A stretch of 63,265 nucleotides of DNA, filler included, from Licmophora abbreviata (GCA_900291995.1; 16 parts of 16 records of this genome joined end to end with filler, not necessarily neighbours in it); one strand, 5' to 3'. Numbered from the whole stretch's first letter, positions 15,346-29,383 are shown. Numbers and translations: made by a program. Notes: a model not told the origin generated them from the sequence alone.

Positions 15346-16337
15346 TTAAGCTTTCAAGTCGAGAATACGTATGATTCTCTTGAGGTTATCGCGAACGACA
15401 ATGACATTGTCCTTGGATCGTTCGATAAAATACTCCACACGGTCCTTTCCACCACCCGGATTGGCTTCGNNNNNNNNNNNNNNNNNNNNNNNNNNNNNNN
15501 NNNNNNNNNNNNNTTAATTAATTAANNNNNNNNNNNNNNNNNNNNNNNNNNNNNNNNNNNNNNNNNNNNAATACTCCACACGGTCCTTTCCACCACCCGG
15601 ATTGGCTTCGCCCCAACTCGAAATGTACGCCATACCGCTGCCTTCGTCCGCTTTTTCGACAATGGCTTCCATAGCATTTTGGAAATCGGCGTCGTCTTCT
15701 GAAGGGACAATGGGCGCAAGTCGCATTAGAGTCTTTTCTACCTTGAACAGTGGATCGTCAGTGCTCCTATATCCGAGATACTGCGAGAGTGAGGCGTACG
15801 ACTATCGTGAGTGGAGTTGCATGACATACTCCCGTCGTCGTGCCATTGAGGCACTCATCCGCAAACAGTACAGCATTTGAAACACACAGGCTCGCGCACC
15901 TCCATGACTTTAAAGGGCGTTCGTTCGCATCCGATATATGGATTGTCACCCCCACCCTTGCACACCGTCGTTTCTTTATCCCAGTTGTCTAGAAGATAGT
16001 TGAGTCGCTCGTAGCCTTTAACAATCTTGGCCTTGTCGACCGTCTCTTGAGAAGCCGCTGCTGCCGCATGAGTCAGCGAGGGCGCCATCGTCCAAATGGT
16101 GGCCGTCGATCCAAGCAAGTGTCCGAACAGATTTCGTCTCGAGAGTTCCTGCTTGGGAGCGCTTCTGAAATCGCCGCTGTCGGACGTGCGGTGTGCCGTA
16201 TCATAACAAGTAGTAGCCTTAGCCCTTGAGTTTGGTCGAGGAGCGACAAGGGCTTGTGTGACAGTGACGACGCCACAAAATGCCAACAACATCAACAGCG
16301 CCACCGATTCGATCAAATTTGACGCAGAGATCCTCAT
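15346..16337 (-). CDS. Conserved plastid protein, probably thylakoid lumen (Tat-type signal); intron 15781-15899; spans linker
   Basis: Signal peptide, then SRRNLF...hydrophobic...AxA. Mature part CERTPFKVMEYLGYRSTDDPLF...SSWGEANPGGGKDRVEYFIERSK. A 41-nt overlap across the linker restores continuity. Confidence 0.65.
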
Positions 16338-17023
16338 TGCGAGAAATGGAGATAGCTTCAGTTCAGCTACGAACAGTAGGTACCTGGTTGAAATACGCGA
16401 AATGAAACGAGAACGCGGTGGTCCTCATGACGGTGAGAGTGAGTGAGTCAACATTCAACACAAGGGTGCAAAGCGCAAAGCTGTTTCGAACTTTTTGGAT
16501 GACAAAACACGCGAGCGCGATGTCGAACACGTATGCGCGCCGTCTCGGCTTGCGTGGATGACGCCAGCAAGGCAGAACGATGTATCTTAAATGTTCGATG
16601 TTGTAAAAATTAAGTATAAATCTTTATATGCTAAGAAACTCGCATACATACCATTTCGTTGCGTCCATTTGAAAGCGCCGACCTTGAGGCCGCATTTCAT
16701 CGCTTCACACAGGTCACAGTCTCGAGTGGTGAGTTCCAGTGTCGACTCCATTGTGTCAAGTGTTGATTGGAAGTGGACGAACAATCGTTATCGCTGACGA
16801 GCCGCATCAAAAATCCATCCTGGTTGCGGTTCGCGCCCAAATTGAACTCGCCGATACCTTTTCTACGAAAGTTCTGGTATGTTTTTGCGTAGAAACTCAC
16901 ATGGGTAGTCTTGCTGCTTTTCCTAGTCCACGACTGTGCGCATTTAGGAGGTTCACACTGCGCCGCGAATTAGGCGGAGTCTTGCCAACCAGTCCATCGC
17001 TGTTAGTACAATTCAACTGCACC

Positions 17024-18585
17024 ATGACTACACCACAGAAGAATAAACGCAGAGGGCGGCCGCTGCGAGCCTCGAAAAGCATGCCTCTCATGATGCTCAA
17101 CACCAATAATACCACCTTAACGGACGAAGAAGAGACCACAAGCAACGATGGAGACGTCGAGTTTTCGCCAAGAAAGCATCGACCATTGCATAATCCTGCA
17201 CCAGTTTTGCTTGACCCGTCACCGTCAAGATCGCGTTCTGGTCAGGCGTGTATCTTTCGATCGCGACTGCCGACAACTCATGTCGTTTCGCCGCTACAGT
17301 CCGCCGATGCCGCCTTTGACAACACCAGCACCTACTCCGCTTCTCCCGCTCGCAAGCGCGTACCACGACCGAGTCCTCCGAGACGAAGATCTTCTTTCAG
17401 TACCGTGTCCTCTGATGCTTCTGCTGTGTCGTGTATTGCCAAGAAAGATGCTCGCTGGAATATTAGGCGGTCTGTGTTTGTCGTATTGGGTGTCTCTGCC
17501 TTGGGATGGACAATAATCATGATGCACGTTTTGGGTCGCTTCCACCACGGGAGAAGCAAGGATGCGCTCGGACTCACCTTTTGGGAGGCGCGTCAACAAG
17601 CTGGAAATGTGGCTGTTCGGGAAATCTTCCACCTCAAACGAAAGATGCGTCGTCTTCGTTTCATGGCCTTGCCCTCGTGCCACCTCCTCGTGCCATTCCA
17701 TTGCCACTTCCCACACAGAAAGTCTCGGTCGTCTTGATCAATTACAGTCGACCGCGCATGATTCGGGAGTCTATTCTCATGCGAACGCTACTCGACCACC
17801 CGAGCATTGACGAAGTATTGATGCTACATGCCAACCCCAAGACGGCCTTTGAGTTTGTTCATCCCAAGGTTGTCAACATTGATGCTACGCAGCACAACGA
17901 TGAAATGGGACTCAGCTTGCGGTTCTACTTTTGCCAACTTGCCAAGAATGAGTGGGTCATTCATGTCGACGACGATATGGAGTTTCCTCCGTCGGCCTTG
18001 AATGAACTGCTGGTCGAATTCGGTCGCAATCCGAAGCGGATTGTGGGCAAATTTGGAAGAGACTTGAAAAGTTCGAGCTTCTTCAACGGCTACAGTTCCA
18101 CCTCAACGCACAAACATACCGAAGTCGTGCTGACCAAGCTAATGGTAATGGAGCAGGAGATATGCCCTGCATTCTTTGAATATGCGCCACTCATCTGGGA
18201 AGACGTCATTCTAACGAGCGGCGAAGGTCCACTGTGGAACGGTGAAGATATCTTCATGTCGCTCGTGGCCAATCACGTGTACTCCAATTCGGTTCCATCG
18301 TCCATTAGTGAGGACGGTACGCCAAGCATTGCTCGTAACAACTACGCGATGGACTGGTTGGATGTGTGGCAAGCGTCCGACTCTCTGAAGGACTACCAAG
18401 ATGGTAGGCTCGACATTTCCGGTGGCATGAAGGGATACCGGTTGTACAGCTGGAGTTGGTGGCAATCGGTGGTACGGAGAAATAGGCACTACTCGTACCG
18501 TGGGATGCTGTGGCAGGTGGCAAGGCAACGACTTGCGGATGTAAATGACGCGACCCGAGTTGTATTAGAAGCTACAAACGAATAG
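17024..18585 (+). CDS. Glycosyltransferase family 64 (EXTL-like GT-A) type II membrane protein; probable frameshift ~17619-17621
   Basis: TM helix, then SLRF...VIHVDDD (DxD), NPKRIVGKFGR, VVLTK and WNGEDIFMS motifs. Confidence 0.75.
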
Positions 18586-18896
18586 AAAAGGGCCTCTTTG
18601 AAGATAAGAAGGTATGATCGCATGGATGTCGAGAAATAAGGCTTGGGGAAAGAAACGATAGTCTACTGTCTTCTATCTAGACTTCCTATGTTGACTTCTG
18701 GCTTCTGTGTGGCTGATAATAGGGGTGGGTGCAGGTGAATGCGCGCGGCGCGTGTATGATAGCATGCTTGATCTTCACACGCGCTGTCACAGCATCACTT
18801 TGAGCCGAATGGATAGAGGCGCATCATCGGATCATTCGCTTGAAGAAGAAGAAGAAGAACAAGACTGCAGTGACTATCGCGTATCGAGCAATAAGG

Positions 18897-20121
18897 ATGG
18901 TGAAAGTGACGCGGGTCTTTCGGGCGATGGCATGCCTCGTCCTGATGGAAAAGTCCAACTCATCGTTGCGACGCGGCGGCGCTGTGTCAGACACGAAGCG
19001 GCGGCGACGTCGCGTGCCGATTCCAGACCGCGCCATCCTGATAGCAAACGGTGGAGGCGCTGCAAACCGGAATAGTGATAACGCGATGGAAGTTTCAGCA
19101 AGAGACTCAAGTGCAACACGCCAGACTCAGCAGCTGCTCCGTCAGGGAGTTCTGTGGGCTGTTCCTGTCGTCACTACGCTCGCCGCCTTTGTCTTCTACA
19201 AGAACATGACGAAAGGCTTTCATGCCTTTGTCGAGGCACTGTCACACCACACATGGATACCCATGACGCCGGAGGAAGTCGATTTGCAGACGCAAGTCAT
19301 TACTCAGGTTGTCAATGGGCCTGTCATCACCTCTATATCGGTACTATTCGCTACCCTGGTGACGACGACAGTGTCCAGCCTGTTCAGCCGACAGATAGAA
19401 ATTCGCTCTGCCGTGACACAGCAGATTGATACACTGCGACAGCTACAGCTATTACTCGTCAATCTACCTGCAAAGCTAAGAGAAGAACTGAAGCCGCACT
19501 TGGATCAGTGCGCGAATGTACTCATTGCGGACGAATGCGCCGGCGAGCTCAAGCCCACCACACACTCCATGGATCCGTCCATTAGCTCTCTCTTGTCTGC
19601 CCTACAAAGAGCCATGGGAAACAGTAGCTGCAGCCCCGTTGTCGCACACGCGTATGATGCGGTATTGAATATGAACCGGTTGCGATCGCAACGTTGGAAT
19701 GCCTTGCAAACTTCTTTTCCAGCGATGCACTACGCTGCTCTTGCGCTCATGGCCTCCACCGTCTGCATTGCGTTTCTCATTGCGACCGATCAGTCAAAAG
19801 AGATCTTTGAAAGTCTGCAAGTAAGACTACTGTGGTGTATCCTCATTGGTGCATTTACATCCTTGGCGGTGGTTTGCTACGATTTGTCGTCACCTTTTGT
19901 CGGGGCGTATCAGGTGAGCGAGTTGCTTGGGAGAAACTCATCCTGATTGTTGATTGTTTTCGTCCACCTTACTATACTGGGGGATGCGCGCGTGTGTTGC
20001 ATGCATTTACGATTGATCTTATTCCCGCTTCGAACAAGAGTAATACTAACTATGCTCACATTTACCACTGCAGATTGTACGGGCAGCCGACAATGAGCTT
20101 TCGATTCTCCACGAGAGGTAG
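18897..20121 (+). CDS. Multi-TM protein, DUF4239/bestrophin-like; intron ~19914-20073
   Basis: SVLFATLV..T...L..RQ and YDLSSPFVGAYQI motifs with about 4 TM helices. Start codon uncertain. Confidence 0.55.
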
Positions 20122-20155
20122 TTGGTGCACAATAGAGACACGCTAATACGTCACA

Positions 20156-22233
20156 TCATGATCTCGGCTTTGGAGCAAAAAAGTTGTCGATAGTTTTGGT
20201 CTTCTTGGTTGGCAGTCGCTTCGCTGATGCAGCAAGTCGATACGCCTGGCAGACTTCCTCTGCAATTTTCGGAGGAAGCTCAGACAGGACGCTCGGGTCA
20301 ATACCATCGGGGCACTCTACCTCGTTTGAAGGACGGGTCGATCCTTCCTGACTCATCTGCTGTACATCTCGGGTCCGCTTTTGATTTCGTTTCTCAATTG
20401 GATGACCCACCAATCGCTCTATCGAGTGAGAGGCTGCACTGGTAAAGAGTTGTGCAGCAGTATCGGGCATTCGTTCTTCAATAGATCCAATATCCTGAAA
20501 ATTGGTTGCGGCCAGGTTCAGTCTTGTCACGTTGATTTCACTGCTGTTGAACACCAAAGCGCGAAGCAGCGGAGACACAGTCGTCCTCAAGAAGCTGCTC
20601 CTGGCCTCAATGTCGGTCAGTTTCATCAGTATTCTGCCATCCATACTTAGTTGACGACTATTAGTGACAAAAGGACGGCGTTTTTCAACGTTCCTGTCTA
20701 CGATTCGAGCCGTCAAGCGAATCGTGTTCGGAAAGGCACATTCTGGACGTTTTGAATTCTTTCGTCGTTCATCCAACAGTTTCGGGAGTCGCACAAATAA
20801 TTCTTCCGCTGCTTTGACCACTTGTTGTTTGGTTTTCATGGTATCTCGCATAAAAGAATTTTCGACCGAAACAGTTTTGGGGATTCCACCCTCGTCATCC
20901 TGGACCCGCGTCGAATCAACTCCGCGGCACTTTTGCAACAAGACGCGACTGATCTCGTTGCTGATATGAAGGAGCGACGTTTGGAAGACGCAGTTGGACA
21001 ATAGACAACCTCAGATAATAGAAAGACATCGTATGTCACGTACCTCGTGTTGTCGTAGGCCTGTACTTGCTGCAGCGCTCGAGATACATCGTATTGAGAA
21101 CATTGTAGGAGGTCGCTGCGCACGGAACAAGAAGAGTTTGATGTGCTATCAGACACATGTGCATACTAGAGAGGACAACGACAACAGTGAACGTACCGAC
21201 AAGTCCAAAAGTCTGGCGCTTTGCCAACATGATATCGCTCGAGGACTGGATTTAGAGCTTTCAACGTGCGATGACCAAGTTCTGGAACCTTGCGAAGCGG
21301 CATGGGGAGTATCACGCTGGACGAGCGCCACGGATACAATAGGTTGAGACTGTCCGGTTTACGCAGGTCTGATGTGAGTTTCGCCAGCATAGGCGATACC
21401 GACACTCCCATGGTCGTCGTAAACCCTGTGGCTTGGCGAACGCGTTGTCGTATGGTTTCGCCAAGAGACGCCGTCACACGCAGGCGGTCTTGACAGTTGC
21501 GGCGATCCGAAGAAGTGCCAAAGTCCACGTGAGCGTTCTCCCGAGACGAGGGACGATCACGTTCATTATAGACGATAGATGCTTCCGCCCCAGTCTGATC
21601 TTCTGTAATAGAAATATAATTTCCCGTTTCATTGTAATCATTGCCGTAAACAAAGGCATTCGGCGGCAACGAGAAACCGCTTTCGTTGTTTTCGTCGTCG
21701 TCGTCGTCTGCCATAGTGGCATCAATAAGCACCGTTACGTCAGCGAAAAGTTCATCCATGCCTCCTTTTCTGATTGCGATACCACTACATGAATTCTCCC
21801 CATCGATGCCATATTGATTGCAAAGTCTTGAGAGTGCTTCGCGAAAAGCCTGATAGATTCGTGTTGAATGCTGTCGATATCGCGCGAGGTCGCTACCTTC
21901 GAGAATCAAGAGAGACGGACACGCGCGGTAGGCTTCCGATCTCAACTGCAACTTTTTCACTCCCTGTTTCCGAGCAATGTAGTTGCTGGTGACGATAATG
22001 TGCTTTTGTCCGATGGCCAGAGGGCGATGCTTATAGTCCGAAGGTCCGTCGATCTCTTCGCATTGGCAGTAGAAGCAGTCGACGTCCAAATGGACAATGC
22101 AGCGCGACCAAAGGTCTATTTCTTCTCCATCATCTGAAGCACCATAATCGTCATCCTCGTGATGTTCCCCCAAATCACTCGAACTAGAGGAGCTATCATC
22201 CGCAGAGAGATCGTCGAAGTACAACGAGTTCAT
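20156..22233 (-). CDS. POLI: Y-family translesion DNA polymerase, Pol iota-like (two introns ~21005-21195)
   Basis: IVHLDVDCFYCQCE, PLAIGQKHIIVTSNYIAR, GMDELFADVT, LAKL...KP; C-terminal UBM-like PDGIDPSVLSELP and PIP-like IDNFF. Confidence 0.8.
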
Positions 22234-22458
22234 GGCTTCATGGTCAAGAGCACCCAACAACACATGAGCGAAAGTGATTCCAAATTTGGAATTTGGAATC
22301 TGAGCTTGGCAGCAAGTTTCCTACAGAGGCTTCAGTAGAAAAGGCCCGTAGCACATTCAATGTGGCGAAACCTCTTTTGCATGCCACCTCACGAAAAAAC
22401 TCACATCTGCTCCATGGCGGTCCTTCTCCGGTCGCCCTGCGTATTCAATTGCACCGAG

Positions 22459-23669
22459 ATGACGAGGAACTTTAACATGTTCTTCACAATTTTCATGTTC
22501 ACAGAGCTCATGGCACCAGTAGCATGCTTCGTGTCGCCGTCGTTCGCTCCGAGAAACGTCGGCATCGGCGGCGGCGGCGTCATCACACAGCTTTCTGCCG
22601 GCGCTGATACAGCTGCTGCTCTGACGGAACGGCAGCTGCAGTTTTGGGAAGACGTCGAAGACGGGCTAGATGACATTGAAGCGGTCTATAAAGAGAAGGG
22701 ACAAGATATTGAGCGAATCCGAACATTCGGACTGAGGTGAGTGTTTCTGTGTCCTTGTGCGATCTTGTGGTGAGATTGTACTTTCCTCTGCCCACTCTCA
22801 TGGCTCTGACCACACTTGTAAACTCGCAGCGCTCGAGGCGAAATCGCACCTCCCAAGGGGTCCTCTCCGGGGCATAAACCCTCCGAGGAGCATGTGGACG
22901 GTCTGACCCCAAAGCCATTCTGGGAGGTACAAGAGTCACCCGACTACTTTCCTTGGGCTGCCGGACTCGAGGAGAATGCTCATATTATCGCTACGGAGTT
23001 TCAGGAAAAGCTGGATCGGGACGAAGAGCTCTTTGCGAGCGACTCGGCATGGCAGAACCAAATAATGGGCGGTGGCTGGTCAGCCCTTCGTTTGCAGCGA
23101 TTGGGAGTATGGAACACGGAAAATTGCAAAGCTTTTCCGCGCACGTACGAGTTGATTCGATCCCTGAACATACCACTTGCAGTACGAGGTGTCTGCTTTG
23201 CTCGTCAGGCTCCTGGATCTGGTGTGCAACCTCACTCCGACGGTCGAAACTTTATTCTTACCTCTCATTTGGGACTGAAAGTGCCCGAAGGTACGAGTTC
23301 GAGTCGCGTCGCCGTGAAATGTATTGTGGGCTTGCCCTGGTTGCATCTTACCCCAACGCTTCATTACTTATAGGCTGCTGGATCAAGGTGGGAGAGGAGA
23401 CTCGGTCCTGGGAAGTAGGTAAGCTTACGACATTGGACACCAGCTTCGAGCACAGCACTGGAAATCCAACAGACGACGAACGACACGTATTGATTATTGA
23501 CTTCTGGCACCCCGAGCTGACGGAAGCAGAACGCGCAGCGCTGGAGTTCGTGTACGACTTGCGCAACTCATTCGAGAGTGGAAAAGTGCCTTTCCGAAAG
23601 CCGCGATCTACCCAGGACGCGGAAGGTGGGCTAGCTGGACTCTGGAACGCCTTGACCGGTGGGAACTGA
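22459..23669 (+). CDS. Plastid-targeted Asp/Asn beta-hydroxylase family dioxygenase; introns ~22737-22829, ~23291-23373
   Basis: Signal + ACFVSPSFAP; GLTPKPFW, FARQAPGSGVQPHSDGRNFILTSHLGL, DTSFEH, VLIIDFWHPEL. Confidence 0.85.
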
Positions 23670-23844
23670 TCTGTGACTGCCAGCTCAGCGCTATTGTAAT
23701 AGCTCGATCATATTAGCTCAACTCATCAGCATCGACGTCGTCACAATACTTATTTCTGTTAAGGTGCTAGCCAGGAAATGTATCCTAAGGAGTCGAAAAA
23801 TGAAGACAGAGTCCAAAAGGCCGCCAGTCTTCTTTGAGTTCAAA

Positions 23845-24315
23845 TTACTTGTCTTGCGTTCCAAAGACGACGTCAGACAGTCGGTGCAGTTCCACTTCAT
23901 AGACTCCTAAATACGTAATGAAACCAGCGACAGAGCCAGAGGCGATTGCTGGTACCCGTCCTCGGCGTAGGCCAACGATACCGCCGACGAGGAGACTCGA
24001 GCCAATGACCAAATGCGGACCGAACGACTTTCGGCGGTCGTAGTAGTGAGTGACTTCCTTCGCCGCAAACTCCCCCCGTTTCTCCAAATGACGATAGGTT
24101 TCCATTGCTGGTCCCGCCACCGTATCCGAAACCTCCTCGAGAGATCCCAACATTCCATTTGCGGCTTGCACAGCACTCTTGATCGACGTCCTGAGCGTCG
24201 CCTTGGCGTCCGCAATCGGTGGAATTACGTCAGCAAGGGTAATAACCGTAGTCTCATCAGTAGACGGCTTCTTCTGAGTCTCTGACTCTGATTGTTTCGA
24301 GTTTTCTTCGCTCAT
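23845..24315 (-). CDS. Hypothetical small membrane protein (possibly MICOS Mic26/ApoO-like)
   Basis: 156-aa ORF with a Gly-rich hydrophobic hairpin flanking RRGR. Family call tentative. Confidence 0.5.
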   Translation of the reverse strand: MSEENSKQSESETQKKPSTDETTVITLADVIPPIADAKATLRTSIKSAVQAANGMLGSLEEVSDTVAGPAMETYRHLEKRGEFAAKEVTHYYDRRKSFGPHLVIGSSLLVGGIVGLRRGRVPAIASGSVAGFITYLGVYEVELHRLSDVVFGTQDK

Positions 24316-24921
24316 AGTCCTATGGGATCTGTTTTGGAGAAGATTACGAGCTGGAGAAAGTCTAAACTCGAATCACGGCGATGCAACGACGACTGCGTTT
24401 GCGTTGTCTCTCATCCGTCTATACTTCATTGACGCGTTCTCATTCTCGTCGCGTCATAATGAAGGATCTCGGGCTATGCGAGCTCTGCGCTCCGTTAATT
24501 ACACGGTCGGCTCTGCGGGTGCTTCCAAAAAACAAAAACGAGACGGTGGTAAACACTGCAAACACAGCGCAACGAGACGATTAGGGGAAGCACCTCATCA
24601 CATCTTCATCAACAACACGAACTCGTACTGCTTGTATCCATTACCTACGACGGCCCCTATTGATTTCGGTGGCTCTGTTGAGGTTGAACATTCGAAAAAC
24701 TCAGAGGATTCAGTTGTTTTCGACACGTGTTTCCCGGAGGCACAATTACACCGTCATCACAGATAGTTCCAATTTACATCTGACCAAGACTTGCAGTTCG
24801 TCATCGTTATCCTCTTGAAGAATCATACCTTTTCGAACGGGCCTCACCCAGTTCCTGGCACAAAGAAGAAACAATTGCGTTCCGCTCAGTGACATCATCC
24901 GATAAAATACTTTTAGCTGTC

Positions 24922-25164
24922 ATCATGCGAGCTCCTAGACGAGATGCGATCGAGTACAGCATTCTGCTTACAGTGGCCGCATCGACGGCGATTGCCACGG
25001 GAGCAATGGCATACATGAGCACTGACAAGGAGCTTAGCAAACAGAAAGTTGATCTTAATGCACCGTTTGATCCTCAGAAGGCATGGCAGGAGCTGCTTCA
25101 ATTTCGCAACGAACGACGGAACGATAAGAGTCGTGACACAACCAAGGAGCTACCCAAGAAGTAA
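24922..25164 (+). CDS. Small single-TM hypothetical protein
   Basis: ATG-started 80-aa ORF with one hydrophobic segment and a charged tail. Confidence 0.45.
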   Translation: MMRAPRRDAIEYSILLTVAASTAIATGAMAYMSTDKELSKQKVDLNAPFDPQKAWQELLQFRNERRNDKSRDTTKELPKK

Positions 25165-25277
25165 TGCCACATAATCTTGGACGCTATTTCTATACAGTTG
25201 TCACGACTCGTCTATGCGTGGTGAATAATACTCATGGGACCGTCGCCGTTGTGTCGTAGTCTCAACACAAATACGGT

Positions 25278-25974
25278 TCATTCCATGTCCCTCATAAACA
25301 TGGATACGGTATCCATGATAATCAGCATACTAGCATACGGAATTGACGGTCGCGTCGCTGGCCTGGCCACCATCGCCCCCATTGATATACTACCCGCAAT
25401 GAAAGTTTCCATGTACTGTCCAGGGTCGGCTGCGACTCTCACTCCGTATTTGAGCTGCAAAAAAGAACGATGAATTCAGATGACGCCGGGCCATGAGTCG
25501 CAGGACGAAACAGCGGCTCGGTCAACATAAAAGACTTGGCCAAAAACTTACCATATGAAATCCACCAAAGAATCCACCGAATAGCGCTCCAGATCGTGTT
25601 GTCCCTTGTAGCAGATATTTGCCTTTGGCGGCACTCGACGCTTTCTGTAGTACGGGAGACTCGCCGGCTGTGCGCATCCCATCCATGAAACCAAACACAG
25701 AGCCTGTAATCGATCCGATACAACCACCGAAGGCTGCTTGCTTCGCAAGCTCCATTCCCGAGAAAGGAATGCCGATAGGTTCCTTCTTATAAGACTCCGC
25801 TGTACCATCGTCGGTGGTGACGTTGACAGCACCGGCTGGATTCTGTCGTAGCGTTTCTTCTTCAGCCGATTCTCGTTGCAAATCTCGAAACACCTGTTCC
25901 TTATGAGCATCTGGGTCCGCTCCATCCTGGCGAACGCGAGACCATGGGATTGAACGGCTCTGATCCCATGACAT
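25278..25974 (-). CDS. Tim17/Tim22/Mgr2-family mitochondrial membrane protein; intron ~25457-25551
   Basis: Glycine zippers FGGCIGSITGSVFGF and SGALFGGFFGGFH; second exon LKYGVR...AGSISMGA. Confidence 0.7.
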
Positions 25975-26355
25975 GGTGTAAGCGCTGTTTGATGTTTGGT
26001 GGGGTGTGGGGGTCTCGCCGGGTTTTGTGGATGACGCCGCGACGACGCCGCGCCGCCGATGAAAGCGCGTATGGGCGTTGTCATTTCGAAACGCACCGTT
26101 GTTCGTCTGTTCGCCCATACGGCGAGTTAGCTGTGGCGCGCAGCGGGAGATCACTGACTGACTCGACTCACACGGAGAGAGAGACGTAAGTTAATGAGTG
26201 ACGATGATGCCGTCAAATGATGTATGTAGCTAGCTAGCAACGAAAGCAAGGAATTCATATTGAAAAACAAACTTCCACGGTGATCCCTCTACTTATACTG
26301 ATATTGCTCCTAGTTAGGGTTTCGCGTTGTCTCGGGAGCTATAGACCGGCATATA

Positions 26356-27715
26356 CTAGTCTGACTGATGGGGCAATGGCTTTCGTCCGTTTGCCGAGTC
26401 CTGCGCATCTAGAAGAGTATGGAGTGTTTTCACAATGGTACCGCCCCACTTTTGATAGCCAAGTGCTGTCGGATGGAGATGATCCGCCATAAGTGATGCG
26501 GGAATGTACCAGTCGTCATGAGGCTTCGTGGAGTTCTCGTCCTTCTCGATGAAAAGGCTCGTCGCATTGTAGAAAATGAGATTCGCGTGTCGATCGCAGT
26601 ACCGCTTGAGATTCGCATTCACCTTTTCAATCCCATCCCACACTGTTATTTGATGCGGATCTCGTAGCTTACCCTTCGCGGATTGGTCCGAACGCGGCAA
26701 CAAGCTGTTGACGACAATATTGGCGTTGGGTCTTCGCTGTCGCATCTCTTCCGCCACTCGCTCAACTCCCATGGTTATAACCTCAGGAGAGCAATAGTTG
26801 TTTCTTTGAAAGTCGTTGGTGCCAATCAGTATCCACCAGACAGGTGGTTGGAGCGAGTCTGGTACCTCTCCATTTTGTATTCTCCATAGCAAGTTGGGCG
26901 ACTGCGGTACAAAATAAATACACAACGAGTAATAAATGAAAGGTGTCACGATGAGACTCCCCAACGAAGAATCAGATCGGCTACAAACGAGTCCGTTCCT
27001 TACCTTGTCTCCAGCAATTCCCAATGAAACTCCCTTAAAATCGGCGCCTTGATCCTCGTGGAACAACCTGTCAAAGACGGCAGTGTTGTCCTTCTTATGC
27101 TCGACAGGCACACCAAGGGATAGGCCTCGCCAGCCTTCCGTAATGGAATCTCCTAGGAGCACAACATCCACATTTTCAGCCTCGAGTGCCTCTCGTATGT
27201 TTCCATCGTGAGCCCGTCCCCAAGTTTTGTGGCCGAACCGTTCCTCCGGCTCGAGAGGATTGGCACAGTCGCAAGAATGTGACTTTGGCTGCATCAGGAA
27301 GACGGCGGGAGATTGTTCGAGGTGTGAGAGCCGGCGCAAAATAATTTACGCCTACGACCACGTACCCTCCCTCCAGTTCTCATTGACTTACATCTAGACA
27401 CCAGTGCTGAATGTTCTGAAGTCTCAAATCATGATACTGCTGCACCGACGTGTTCTTGTCAGTCTCCCAGGATGACCACCAATAGACCCCACAAAGTACC
27501 GCCAATATCGAAAGCAGCGTTCCTATTTTGCGAGCAAACACCACCGGAGTGTCCGGAGACTCCCCTTTGAAACGATGATTGGTCGATGCGTGCATGACTT
27601 CCAAGGGACGGAGCACGCTATTCTCGCGCAGCTTCTGAATGTCTCGTGGCTGTCGTTCGGAAAGAAAGGCGACGACCTCTTCCTCGTCGTCCTCGTCGTA
27701 GTTCACGCCACTCAT
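26356..27715 (-). CDS. SGNH/GDSL hydrolase (PAF-acetylhydrolase Ib-like) with N-terminal TM; two introns
   Basis: Blocks GDSITEGW, GIAGD, NLLWRIQNGE, LIGTND and DHLHP. Confidence 0.85.
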
Positions 27716-28065
27716 GCTGGTTTCTCTATATCCAATGATGGTAATGAGCACCTTTTCTATGATAGTTCAGCACACCAACATTCACAAATTGGGTCGCTGA
27801 CATCTCTATGGTTGATGTCGTTGCTGAAGAAAAGTGTGTGAGCGTGATGATTCTAGATTCGGGTCATTCCGAAAATATGCGTGTGTCATCGCGCGCCGGG
27901 CGAGCACACAACTCATTTCAAGAGCAGCTAGACTACACATAGTCTAACTCCCAGAATGTGACGCTATTGTCGAAATATAAGTACATATTCTAGTTGTAAA
28001 TAGTCGGCTTGAATCAGTAATGTCTGCCTTCTAGCTACTGCGCTATTGCTATAAAAGGCGAGCTC

Positions 28066-28508
28066 CTACTCCCGCTTGAATCCCTTTGCAGTTCGACCGC
28101 TACTTCTATACGATCGCAGCATGACTCGCAGTAGATTGATGTTGGCACCAAAGTACAGAATGGATGCCATCCACACGACTCGATGAACTGCCCATCCTTG
28201 CATTTCCAATAGATACGCCGATCCCAACCACGTCACGGTCGACACTCCCAGCAATATCAATGCGTGCTTGACTTCTCGATGGACGCCGCCGCTCACAAAA
28301 GTAGTATCCGCAGTTGCATCTTGTATTCCATGACTACACAGTGGCAATAGACACAGATACCAAGTAAAGTATTGTGCAGTAATGACCTTGTTGAGCGTGA
28401 CAAAGAGGTAGGTCTGTGTGAACAATGCGAGTCCCAGGTTGTGGGGTGCCAATCCAAGACTCGACACCACCAGCAAAACAAGTTGTGGCAGCAGCAAGAG
28501 AAGCCCTA
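28066..28508 (-). CDS. PIGM: GPI mannosyltransferase I (PIG-M/Gpi14), C-terminal fragment
   Basis: FVTLNKVITAQYFTWYLCLLPL and WLGSAYLLEMQG motifs. 5' part lost at the linker. Confidence 0.85.
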
Positions 28509-29383
28509 NNNNNNNNNNNNNNNNNNNNNNNNNNNNNNNNNNNNNNNNNNNNTTAATTAATTAANNNNNNNNNNNNNNNNNNNNNNNNNNNNNNNNNNNN
28601 NNNNNNNNTTCCTTCGGACGTACGTCTACAGTGTGCCCTTCAACAACGACACTGCTCAGATGGAGCATGTGCGGTTTGTCTTGTTTCGCCACGCTTCCGG
28701 TGCCATCGCAAGGCTGCATACTAAGAAACCGAAACAATGCCTTATCTCCCTTGCGGGACCACCATGGCACAGACCAACCTAAGCCCCCGCCACGTTCCTA
28801 TTGTTCCTAGCCTTGCCGCGTCCTCCAGCAGCATCAGACGCATCCAAAAGTTTCTCTTCTTTATCTCCCATGTAATCTTCCTTTTCCATATCTCAAACTA
28901 TCTTGGAGACCCCAGAAGACTGCACAAACGTCTTGGAAGCAAAGAAGACAAGGGGAAATCCGTATGCGGGGTAAAAATGGTGAACGAAAGCCCGTATTGT
29001 ATTGCAGCGGGAATGTAGCTGATGCGAAATGTATCCAATGGGAACGTAGTTTCCAGTGACGGAAGCAGTTCTTCCGCAGAGATTCGTACTATGCCATCCA
29101 CAGGGGGCACGCCTACGTTGACCGATACTAATCGAATAGGCTCGGGGAGTAGAATATGTTGCACTCAGACACTCGTCTAGTTCTGATCGACGCGGTACTA
29201 GGTATTTTGTGCATCTGCATCATCGCACGATGAAGACGAGCTGTGATGTCATGTACGAACCCTGATGTGATGAGCTTCCCGCAATTTTTTCTCGCGGCGT
29301 GTCGACCATGGCGCATGAAGCGTCGCTATACTGATCAGTTTTGTTCTGCGTGATAGTCACTCAAGCCAATCACCATCATCACC

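Noticed and set aside
28609..29320. Short ORFs on both strands, including an in-frame TGA on the minus strand (~28893)
   Set aside because: No coherent gene model, redox motif or SECIS could be supported; it is not recognisably the 5' part of PIG-M.
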